From Eledone cirrhosa (lineage: Eukaryota): a DNA stretch of 64,000 bases. The DNA lies in contig OZ024746.1 of NCBI GenBank assembly GCA_964016885.1, positions 3,100,001-3,164,000 on the forward strand, read 5' to 3'. This document shows, in pieces, positions 53,064-64,000 of this stretch. Every line of letters begins with the position of its first letter. The stretch's first letter is position 1. The notes beneath the pieces are model-generated. The model worked only from the letters and a program-made list of their open reading frames with translations, was not told where the DNA came from and searched no databases. A program made the position numbers and the translations under genes.

Positions 53064-53306
53064 TTAACCCTTCCATTACCAAACTGCACAAAACTGTCCC
53101 TGGTTCTATGTTACAAAGTTTATTTCAAAGTGTTTATATTTATCTAAAAACCTTCCATCATAATTTTATCCTTTATGTTCCCAAAACCAGCTAAATAACA
53201 AGGAAGTTATATAATTAAATCCATCCATTTCTTGATTATTTTCAACGTGATTTGCAAATTATAGGCAGTTTTTTTAAAATTGCAAATATAGTAACAAAAG
53301 AATTAA
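53064..53306 (+). mobile_element. TTAA MITE family B
   Basis: ttaacccttccattacc ... gtaacaaaagaattaa; body shared with the 16168 and 22988 copies. Confidence 0.75.
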
Positions 53307-54540
53307 TCATAAATAAATAATTAAAATCACTGTGTTGGCAGTGTTTAATGAGTTTACTTTGAAATTGCTCAAGGTTTGTACTCCATATTTGTAGATAAAT
53401 ATCTATTATGATTATACATTTGAGAGTACTCAATGCATATAGTAGGGTTTAATAATTTCAAACTTCTAAACATGAATGCAGTTTTCTTTTTGTATATGTT
53501 CTAATTTTTGTTACAAATGATATTGGGATCAGATAATTATTTATTTGAAAGAGAGAAGGTTAAGCATCTTGTCATAACTAACATATGTTAACTATGTTAG
53601 GTTTGTTAAACTTAATTAATTTTTTTTCTATTTAAAAAATTTATAGCTTTTTGTTTTCATTTCTTTCTCTTCTGTGTTCTTGTATTATCTTAATTTTTCA
53701 TTGGATTATCATAACATCCATAAATGTTTATGAGGTAAGCACAGCAAAAGAAGCAGCTTTAACCCCATTTAACAGCTGCAGACAGTTCCAGTTGGTTTGG
53801 GCTTTTTTTCTCATGTTAACACCAACTGAACTGTTTAGTGTTAACACCCTGGAGAGTTTAGTTGGGGTGGAGAGTCGGATAGGAGGACTGCTGTATGTTC
53901 ACATATTTTATCACTATCATCTTCCATGTTTAACTGTTGCTGCCAACTGAACACCTTACTGGTGGTGGTGGTCAGGGTATCACACTTAGACATTAGTGAC
54001 TAATTTACCATCTGTTAGCTCTTAAATATGCTTTGTTTCTCTGTAGAAATCATTAGATTCAAACTGGTTTTGAAATCAAGCCCTGCTCGAATAATTATTG
54101 TTCAAGGTTAACATTCTGTTTAAATTTGAAGGTTCCATCTACCTTTAAATGTGTTAAATAAGTAACTTTTAAATAAGTCTGTGGTAAATAATGGGTTTAA
54201 TAGTGTAAAAGTGTTTAGGAAATAGAGTTTATTATTTAATAATTCTACCGGGATTTGATCTTTTCATTACTTAGAACAAAGTTATAATTGGTTACTGTTG
54301 TATTTAGAATTGATGGTCGTCTTTGTTTCCCTCTTTTCTTTCTCTCGCTTTGATCGTATATTTTGGTGTGTTGTATTTGTGAGGTTCCTAGCAATAATTA
54401 ACTGTATTTATTATGTGTTTATATTTGTGTTTATATTTTCATTCTGAAAGAATTGTGAACAATTTGTAATGTTATTTATACAACTGTGAATAAAAGAGAA
54501 ATATTTGTATTTAGAATCAGCTCCAATATTCTTCAGGATG

Positions 54541-54633
54541 CACACACACTCACTCTCACAATAACACACACACTCACAATAACACATGCACACACAATAA
54601 CACATACATACACACACTCACAATAACACACAC
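54541..54633. repeat. Degenerate (CA)-rich repeat with cacaataa units
   Basis: cacaataacac recurs four times. Confidence 0.8.
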
Positions 54634-55417
54634 ATTTGCACCTTCTGCATACATGCATGCAAACCTTTCAAAATCTATCTACTACTATGTACACACGCAC
54701 ACACATGCAATTATACCTGCTAATGCCTTATACATCAGAACTATGCTCATGCATTCAGTGGAAGACATGCATACACTTGTTCCTACATAAAACCTGGTTT
54801 TAATATACACAGAAACAATGAGTAAATTGAATTTGTAAGCGATACCATAAAGACAAAGATGAGCATGAATGGATAGGGCTAGAAATACAAATCTAGCTGA
54901 AACTAGACACTGGGGTTGTAAAGCAAACAGAAATTTAATGGACTCCCTTCGTTCTCTCTCCCTCTACAGTTAATTATTATGAAGCTCAGAAAAGAAAAAA
55001 TCAATATTAATGACAGAATCAATACTAATGCAACTATCACCTTTCTTTTTCTATTTGTTATTTTTTTCTCTCTAAGTCTGTCTTACTTTACTCCACCTGG
55101 TGACAACATGGCTACTTCGTAGAATTTACCCAATTTTTGTCAGCAATGATATCATATATTATTAACATGTTGGGCATTTTTTTTGTTGCATTCACTCTAA
55201 ACAGTTATTTGTAGTCAGTTTTAAATCAATGTTTTTCTTTTTCAACAGCTGTATGAAAATAATTTAAAATCTTAAAACTATAATTCTGTAATAACCTAAA
55301 ATATGTTTAGCTTATTAATTGTTTATAAGCTATTATAAGCATGTTGTATTTAAAAAATAAATAAATATGCAGCAATGTTAGAAAATTTAATTCACTTGAT
55401 GTATCTAATCTGATCGT

Positions 55418-55657
55418 TTAACCCTTTCATAACAGCATTTCTAATGAAATACACTCTATTTTAATTAATTAACAAAGAATTTTGAGGTATTTACTAAAAC
55501 TATTAAATACTTCATTACTAAGATAGTAACTTAATGTAAGGTTCTTATATAAAATTGTGTTGGAAGATTTTAATTTAAATCGACAACCTTTAAAATGGGT
55601 GGTTTTATTTCATAGAACCAGAGCTGGTTTTGGCTGGGTTGGTAGCTAAAGGGTTAA
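55418..55657 (+). mobile_element. TTAA MITE family C, complete
   Basis: ttaaccctttcata ... ctaaagggttaa; colinear with 13569-13798; terminus also present inverted at 39236-39298. Confidence 0.85.
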
Positions 55658-56297
55658 GAAAGGTAGTTTTATTTCATAGAACCAGAGCTGGTTTTAGCTG
55701 GGTTGGTAGCTAAAGGGTTAAGAAAGGTAGTTTTATTTCATAGAACCAGAGCTGGTTTTGGCTGGGTTGGTAGTTAAAGTGTTAAGATAGGTAGTTTTAT
55801 TTCATAGAACCAGAGCTGGTTTTGGCTGGGTTGGTAGTTAAAGTGTTAAGATAGGTAGTTTTATTTCATAGAACCAGAGCTGGTTTTGGCTGGGTTGGTA
55901 GTTAAAGTGTTAAGATAGGTAGTTTTATTTCATAGAACCAGAGCTGGTTTTGGCTGGGTTGGTAGTTAAAGTGTTAAGATAGGTAGTTTTATTTCATAGA
56001 ACCAGAGCTGGTTTTGGCTGGGTTGGTAGTTAAAGTGTTAAGATAGGTAGTTTTATTTCATAGAACCAGAGCTGGTTTTGGCTGGGTTGGTAGTTAAAGT
56101 GTTAAGATAGGTAGTTTTATTTCATAGAACCAGAGCTGGTTTTGGCTGGGTTGGTAGTTAAAGTGTTAAGATAGGTAGTTTTATTTCATAGAACCAGAGC
56201 TGGTTTTAGCTGGGTTGGTAGTTAAAGTGTTAAGATAGGTAGTTTTATTTCATAGAACCAGAGCTGGATTTGACTGGGTTGGTAGCTAAAGTGTTAA
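55598..56297. repeat. 64-bp tandem array (11 copies) derived from the MITE terminus
   Basis: tagaaccagagc recurs every 64 bp from 55613 to 56253. Confidence 0.97.
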
Positions 56298-57359
56298 AAA
56301 GAGAACAGACAAGAGATGTGATGTGTATATTATTGATGTTGTTCTGTGTAATATTTCATTAGCATCTTATTAAGTTTTCTTTAAATGTTGAAAACTGTAT
56401 GTAATCTCTTCATATCTCTATATTTATTGATTACTGTTATGTGACTGATGACAAATGTTTTATGGTTTTATGTTTTATGGTTGTTTAATAAAACTTCAAC
56501 ACTAAAATATGAGAAATTATTCTTTATAGTTTTGTATTTCTATTTCACATATTTGCTTATATAAATACATCTAACCATCAATCACGATTACAAGTCACCA
56601 TTACTGTTCACTTTCAACTCGCATGGAAAGATTTTCGAAATATGTCTGATGTCTGGCCGTTTTTTTTCTTCCATTTTTGTGAAGAAGAGTTCTAATTTGT
56701 AGCTGAGTTCCTCAATTCAAAAATATGGTTGATGTTAGTTAATAAGTGATGTGGAACTGAAATTGGTTATTAATGACTCTAGCTTCAGGATTCCTAACTT
56801 AACCTTTGGCACTTAATTTTGTGCAGAGTTAGTCATATGTCATGAATAGAATTCATTAAATAAAATAAAAAAAGTGCAATGTGCAAGCAGGCACATATAC
56901 ATGCTTCTATATGCATGTACAATTTACTGGCATTGAACAGTAAGGCCGCAGCAAAGTAAATCCCCAGGCTCCAAGAATCTTATAGAGATTGTCTGTTTAG
57001 TAGTTTCCTACACTATATATCATTTATAGTTGTACACTTAGAGTAAATCTCAATTCTTTCTCTCTCAGACACTGCTCCAGTGTTCAGACTGATAAAATCT
57101 GTTGGAGGAAGCTAAATCAGTGCATATTTGAGTTCATAATGAAATTAACATAAGCAACTTTTAAGAAATTTTCCATTCAAAATTATACATATGTACTTTC
57201 TCTCTCTATCTCTCTCTCTCTATCTCTCTCTCTCACATACAACCCTACTCAACAACTAGTCAAAACACCCTACAAAATATAATTACACAAGTGAATAAGA
57301 TTAGAATTAAAAACAACAGAAAAAGCCTTCATACCAAAGACCTGCCAACAAGGATCTTA

Positions 57360-57573
57360 AGAGGGGTTGCTGAAAAGTTCCTGACTTGATTGCTGCTACA
57401 GAGGCCTGGTTGGAGCCCAACTTTCCGAGTTCTTTTTACAAGACTTAGAAAAACTGAAGGACCTCTGCAATAAGTGTGTGAATCTGAGAGGAGAATATGT
57501 GGAATAAAATCATAATTAACTGATCCTCCTGTATTTTCTTTTACCCAAAGCCAGGAACTTTCAGCACTTCCTC
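57360..57573 (+). mobile_element. Mariner-derived MITE
   Basis: TIRs gaggggttgctgaaaagttcctg / caggaactttcagcacttcctc next to TA; interior encodes CNKCVNLRGEYVE*, a mariner transposase C-terminus. Confidence 0.85.
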
Positions 57574-57719
57574 TAGTCTGTACAGTATCAGAGACAACAT
57601 TATACTTTTCCTTACACAATCTTTCCTATCCACCAACAAAATACAACAAGCCTGAGTCCCATATCTTAACAGTTCAACTAAAAGACATTGATAAAATAAG
57701 TAGTTGCTGTAGAAGGTTC

Positions 57720-58610
57720 TGCAGGAGTATGGGGTCGATGGTCAGCTTCTTGTTATCCTGATATCTCTATATGAATACCCTAGTATTTGTGTTTGGATAA
57801 ATGGTACCAAATCGAAACCATTCAATGTGTGAGTTGGACTCCGCCAAGGGTGCGTACTGTCACCTTTCCTGTTATTGACATGTGGAGCCAGGTTGGAAGT
57901 GGTCATGACTGGTAGATTGAGAATCAGTCAGTTGGAATTTGCAAAAGGCATGGTATTACTTAACTCGACAGAAGGTGATCTCCTTGGCATTCCTCCAAAG
58001 GGTCTTTGGAGAAACGTTACTCAATGGAGTGCGTAGCTCAGAGAGCCACTCAGAAATAACAATCTGTACAGAAGTGAAGATAATACGTCGTTAGTTGGAT
58101 AGATTGTTGTCATATTTACAAAAATGATACGCGATGGGGCCCACTCACAGCCCCGGCGGACAGAATAGAGAAGGCGTTTCACTGGAGGACGGCAAGAGAG
58201 ACGCGCTGGAAAAGCCACTCCAACTCGCGGGGCTCACACCTGCGGCTGGCCAGCTCAGCGCCTATGGTGGTGAGTAAGGAGGTAGCCCTGGGCTCCACTG
58301 CCAGGGGTACGACTGCAAACCTATTACTCCTCTGAATTGAGAGATCACAAACCTATTACTCCTCTGAATTGAGAGATCACAGCTCTGATACTATATGCAT
58401 GTGGTTAGAATGTCTCAGGAACAAATTGCTGGACATATTTTACAAGCAAAACCAACCGGCAGGAGACCCAGTGGTAGAACCTGAGCAAGATAGTTTGATA
58501 ACACCCAGGAGCTCAGCTAGTCTCACTTGGGGATCCAGCCAGATCAGTTGGAAATGGTTGCTTCTGACAGGACCATCTGGAAGGAGTGGTTGAGGACTCT
58601 GCCCTCGCAA
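57720..58610. mobile_element. GC-richer dispersed repeat, likely retroelement-derived
   Basis: 58133-58188 matches 31399-31467; composition differs sharply from the flanks; 32-bp tandem duplication at 58316-58381. Confidence 0.45.
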
Positions 58611-59174
58611 CCATTTCAAGAATAAATAGGTGAAGAAAATTTCATATACATATACACCACATACACTCATTACTGTAAGCCATTCTAATATTTCCATTAA
58701 CATTCTGTATCTTTTCTTTTTCTGTTGCTATGTATAATGCATCTCTGTCTCTTTGCAACCTCCCCTGCCCCTCTCTCTCCACTATAAAAATTACTTCCTA
58801 TATTCCAACCAATTCCTTCTAACTGCCATCACTTTATGAGTAAGATTCTCTCCACTAAGCATTACTTTCCCACCCAGCTAATCTCAGTGGACTTCAGTAA
58901 AATGTAGGCACTTTTTTTATTATTGATAAAATAAAATTTACATTGTTTCTTTTAATGTATAGCTTGTTAATTTAGAATGATCAGGTTTAGTTTGGCACTA
59001 AAATAACATCAAGTTTATTATCGATTATTTGTGTAGTTTATTTAGAATAATCTATGATGCTTTTATCTAAAGGAAACAAAAGTTTGAAATGAAATTGTAA
59101 ATATAAAACTTTAGAAATGTGGAGAAAAAAAACAACAACCAAAAAAACCAACAAGCAAATTATTCAACTTTCAT

Positions 59175-59175
<1 letters not shown>

Positions 59176-59210
<35 letters not shown>
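59176..59210. repeat. (CAT)n microsatellite
   Basis: Seen directly. Confidence 0.95.
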
Positions 59211-59510
59211 TTTTGTGGTTTGTGGTGGCAAGTATGTTGTTTCTGATGTATTTATTTAATCAATTTAAACGTCCGTATAGAGCTAGTAAGCCATAACAGA
59301 CCAGGGGAAGTATCGAGAACTCTTTACAGTTGGTAATCAAAAAGAGCTAGTGAGACAAGTAATAATAAAAATAAAAAAAATAATAAAGGAAAGAAAAGAA
59401 AAAGTAAGTTTCTGTTGTTGAATCTTTTTGTAGCTTCCATGTATTCAAAGATTTTGTTTATATGTAAATAGGTATAACATTGTATTAGACTATTGAACAT
59501 CTAATTAATA

Positions 59511-59690
59511 GTTTGGGAGAGTGGAAACTCGATTAAAGCAACCCCAGTGCATTACTGGTACTTTATTTTATCAACCTCATGTGGATGAAAGTTAACCTCA
59601 GCGGGTTTGAACTCAAAACGCAAAGGGCTGTAATTAAATGCTGCAAAGCATGTTGTCCGATGCTCTACCAATTCTGCAAACCTACCGAAA
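59511..59690 (-). mobile_element. SINE family 1 with 12-bp TSD
   Basis: Family 1 body reversed; atctaattaata at 59499-59510 and 59691-59702. Confidence 0.82.
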
Positions 59691-60349
59691 ATCTAATTAA
59701 TAATAACTACAAATATTTAATAATAGGTCCAAAATATAATAATTTATTGTGACAGAAAGAAAATTGACAACGTAGAGTCAGTGACTTCAACTTGCTAGTA
59801 CAGTAAGCTATTAAATCCTTAAATATTCTTTTTCCAAAAAATACCTGGCTAATTATAAGGTGCGTCTTGCCACTTGTAGTGTAATTCCTTGCTGGAGTTT
59901 TAATGTTAGAAGCATCTAAATGTATAGGAATCTCTAAAGATAAGTATCTAATGTCCAGTTAATATTCTAAATGGTCCTTATCTTAGTGTAGTAAATGGTT
60001 CTGAGAGTGATATCTGAGATAGAACTTCACAGTTGCACAACTCCAGAAGCCTTATAATGGATTTTATATAGCCCTTTTTTGATATGAAGATTCATCAGGT
60101 ATATTCTTCTTTTATGAATGACTGATAACATCTGTTAGTATTTATCAGCATGTTGGCTTCATTTACTGTCTAGTTATCTCTTGATGCTTCCAAAAGTAGT
60201 ACTTACCTTAAATATGTATCTCTGAATGTTTTCACATTAATAAAGTGGAACTGGAAGCTAACCTTAAACTTGAAATATTATCTTTGTATTTTTTTTTTAT
60301 TTAGTGTTTTTGTTTGTATATCATTTGGTGTTATTTTATAATTGATAAG

Positions 60350-60415
60350 CCGAATTAACAAACTAGCAGAAAGATCTATTCAAAGTGATTCTAGAGTGAA
60401 TTATCACAAAAGTGG
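60350..60415 (+). CDS. Candidate 66-bp frame-preserving internal exon
   Basis: T-rich tract then AAG acceptor, open frame RINKLAERSIQSDSRVNYHKSG, GG|GTAAGA donor. No homology recognised. Confidence 0.25.
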
Positions 60416-63400
60416 GTAAGATTATTATTGTGTCAGTGGATTGAAATAACATAGAAAATATGAGGTTGGATACACTTGTGTGTATGGGGGCTAGAATATT
60501 GTATATAGAAGAAATAAATGACAACTTCCAGAAACTCTGTAAAGTGAAGGAATTTACCCATAATGTTGTCTAGTCATAGTTGTCTTGGTTAGAATATCGA
60601 CAGATGGTAATAAACATGAAGTATATTACTGAAGAAGAACGTACCCCCAACTGTCATGACAAATGGTATCAGGACTAAGCTTAGAAAGAATGCCTTTAAC
60701 TTTTTAATGACTGTATTGCTAATTTAGTAAATGTACTACACAACTTGTGTTTGTATTAATTTTGAGAGTCAAGAAATTGTTTGTACTTAAGTGACTGACT
60801 AATGTATTTATTGCTATATTAAGCTAGTGTTTGGAACATAATGTAACAAAAGGTTTAAATTATTAGAGGAAGCTTCAATTTAAATTTGAACACTTTAAAA
60901 CAGATTTTGTTTGAATTAAAAAAAAAAACGAGGTAGTCTCAGGTATCAGTATAGTATATAAAGCATTAACTAAGATGTGGAGTTATTAACTATTCTAGGG
61001 GTCATTTTGTATGTAGAAGTGTCAGATATTATATGAGCAGAGAGACAGAACCTCTTACTATTAGCTCTTTACAAGTTGACTGCAAAACACAGGTCAGCTG
61101 GAGCAAAGAACTTGACAGATAGCAAACAATGTGACAATAATGTTTAGAAGTCAAACAAAATGTATTTAATTGCATCAAGAAGGAAGGAATAAGTAGTTTT
61201 CCAATGTTCTATTTTGTGGTATATAAAAGATATGAATTGTTTTGAAATATGAGATAGTGTGTCAGGATGAACTGTGTTTGGAATAATGAGGGTGCACTTA
61301 CTCTCAGTGACAAGGAAAAGGAAGAAAGGAAGCATGAAAGTGTAACTATATAAGGTTGTGAACAAGATATGTATTATTAAGGGTGTGTCTAGGATACACT
61401 ATGAAAGAGGCTAGCTTATGCAGATCAAACCAGATGTTATAACAAACCAAATGAAAGACATGTTTGTTAGTTTAACCAAGATCAGTTCTGATAGAGTAGA
61501 CATGTAATGAAAAGAATTATAACTAACATCCCCTTTCTATATTTAGGGAATCCAGGACAACATGTACAATGGGCCCTTTTCTAAGACAGTAATATGTGAT
61601 TTGTTGCTGGTGGAGCTACCTTGTAGTATGAGAGCTGTCAACACTGATCTACAGTGATTAGACAGAATCAAATTTAGTATTGAATGTGCAATGTTTACTT
61701 ATAAGAAATATTGACTGCAAGTGTGTTGAATGTGGTATGACATGAGTGGTGTGGCGGATGTATGCAGAGAGATGATGTAATAAGTGGTAGAGTAGCTGGG
61801 GTAAGGATAGCTGAAAGGGTGGAGGGATGTTCTGGCTACATACAGACATGAGAAAATTACGTTTCATGGATAAATTGATGTAGAAACTGTACTAGTAAAA
61901 GAAAAAGAAACTGGCATTTAAACAATAAGATTGATAAAATATGTTATTGTAAAACATCTTTGTGTGTTTGTGTATACATGAGTATTGATTTTCAAAGATG
62001 TTTAGTTGTTTTTGATAAATGCTTATTTTCTATAAGATAGACTGAAGTAATGAGAGTAAAGTATCCAGGGACAAAATTTAATATCTGCAGCAGGATATGA
62101 ATTTACAGCTTCCACAGACATTCTCTTATGTAGACTAACAAATTACTTGCTGATTTCTCAACTCTCACCCACATAATATTATATTCTCTTCCATTTCCTC
62201 CTCCTATTGCTAGGGGAGTGTGATTTAATCTTTTGGTCAGACCACAACTTTATCAGCAAGAAAATATGACCTGACACTTTAGCAAAATATTTAAATTTAT
62301 ATTTGTTTAAAAAGTGTAAATAACATCTACGTTAGAATATTTGGATTTTGTTTTACTATTTATTTTTTTCAATATTGCATAACAAAAACATTTTATTCAG
62401 AACTTTGTAAATCTTCATAAAGCAAATCCCAATCCTCTGAAATAGATTTGTTTGTTTACTAGAATTTATTTTTGAATTGTTAAAGGAATTCTGTAATAAG
62501 ATTTTACAGAGAAAATTGAACTTTTTGCAAGAAACACTAAAATAATAGCAAAAATAAAAACAAGAAATAAAGCCATATTAAATTTCATATTTTAGATATT
62601 ATCACAGGATTTGTAATGAGTAGGTGTTTCTCTCTTGTAAGGAGGTTTTATATTCTATCTATTGTATCACTTGTCTTACTCAGCCTCTCTTATTACAGAC
62701 ACAAAAATCTTAAAGTAGAATATTCTATAGATAGTCAATGCTTGTCTGAAAGAGAGATTCTTACCAATGTTAGATTTTCTGCTGTTTAAATAGAAATTTA
62801 TTTTAAGACTCTGGCTCCGATTATCATATCTTACAACACTAACCTTGTACTGTTATTTTATTTGTTTGTCACTTGATATATTATTAGTGTTGGCAACAAA
62901 GCCAATATCTGTAGACATTTTTTACTGATATATAAAACAGAAAAGAATTAGAACAAACACAATTTCATATTTTATGTATGTGCACACACACACACAGGAT
63001 TGTAGACAGAGGACCCTTTTATATTTGAAAAGTTCTATCAATGAACTGCTTCTCAACGTCTTGGTAATTTTCTACAAGTTTTTAAAATAGTACTTCTAAT
63101 TTTAGATTAAGAATTATTAGGCATAATTAGTCTTATTTTGGTAAGATATTTCTTTTTAATCATCTATATATAATACATGTAAGACTACATGGAAATAATC
63201 TAGAGCTTTAGCTATTATATCAATGTAATAAGCTAAAAGTAATTTCCACAGTTTCTGGTTTATATTCCAAGTAGGTTTAGTTTTTGTTGGCTTAATAAAA
63301 ATTTAGATGATGATAAAGGATTTTTCAACAATGTTGCTTATTTGAATTTTGCTTATTTAATTCAAACAGAAGAAATAACCAAATCTCAAATGCACAATGC

Positions 63401-64000
63401 TTTCTTTCTTGAAATCCAATTCCCATTAAAATGTCCTCTGATGGTAAAAGATGCTTCATAAATGTGTGGACACTAGACAATTGCAAATTTCAATTGGTAA
63501 TAGTAGTAGCAATCATTCAACTTGGAAGACTGGTGCAACTAATATTTAGCTTAAGGGTCTTGTAGAACATACATTCAAATGTGGACAATAACATACAGAA
63601 TAAATTGGTATAGATAGTTTTATACTATAATAGCCACAGAATTTTAATATATTCTCTACTTACTACTAGTAATTAACTGAAACAGGTACAATGTTCTGAA
63701 ATACATTTGTGTGTCTGAGTGTGTGTGTAGACATACAAATGAATTTACATGTTAATGTGTGTGTATAGAGTATGCATACATGTATAAAGTGGTGATCCAC
63801 TTAACACATGCCCTCATATGAAGGCAAGTTGGTTTGATGTTCTTGGTAACATGTGTATTCTGTTGAGCTGATAACAGCATGTACAGTTCTGTTAACAGCA
63901 ATGTATATCAAAAGGACTTGTATCTTAGCTACATGATTGTAAAGGACTGTTACTGTTAGTGCTGTAAGGCTTCTGTTTGCCAGAGCAATCTTTTCTGTCT

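Noticed and set aside
49938-56297. CRISPR-like arrays (30-bp and 64-bp repeats)
   Set aside because: Head-to-tail repeats with no unique spacers, no cas genes, and a eukaryotic context.

Overview
AT-rich, repeat-dense eukaryotic DNA, probably intronic or intergenic. The repeat families look like those of a cephalopod such as Octopus, which is inference only. No host protein-coding gene can be supported apart from one weak 66-bp exon candidate. The window holds tRNA-derived SINEs, decayed RTE and CR1/L2-type LINEs, TTAA-flanked MITE families (one nested, one whose terminus became a 64-bp satellite), non-autonomous Helitrons, an internally deleted DD37D (maT) transposon, a mariner MITE, and a 93-copy 30-bp minisatellite that creates the four longest ORFs. 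The most interesting layer is a set of fold-back elements, mostly sitting in (TA)n tracts, that carry type I hammerhead ribozyme folds, as in Penelope-like elements and retrozymes. Three have a canonical CUGAUGA/GAAA core (about 9.96 kb, 26.7 kb and 41.5 kb). One multi-copy family keeps all three stems but has a non-canonical CAGAAGA core. All coordinates and pairings were read by eye.
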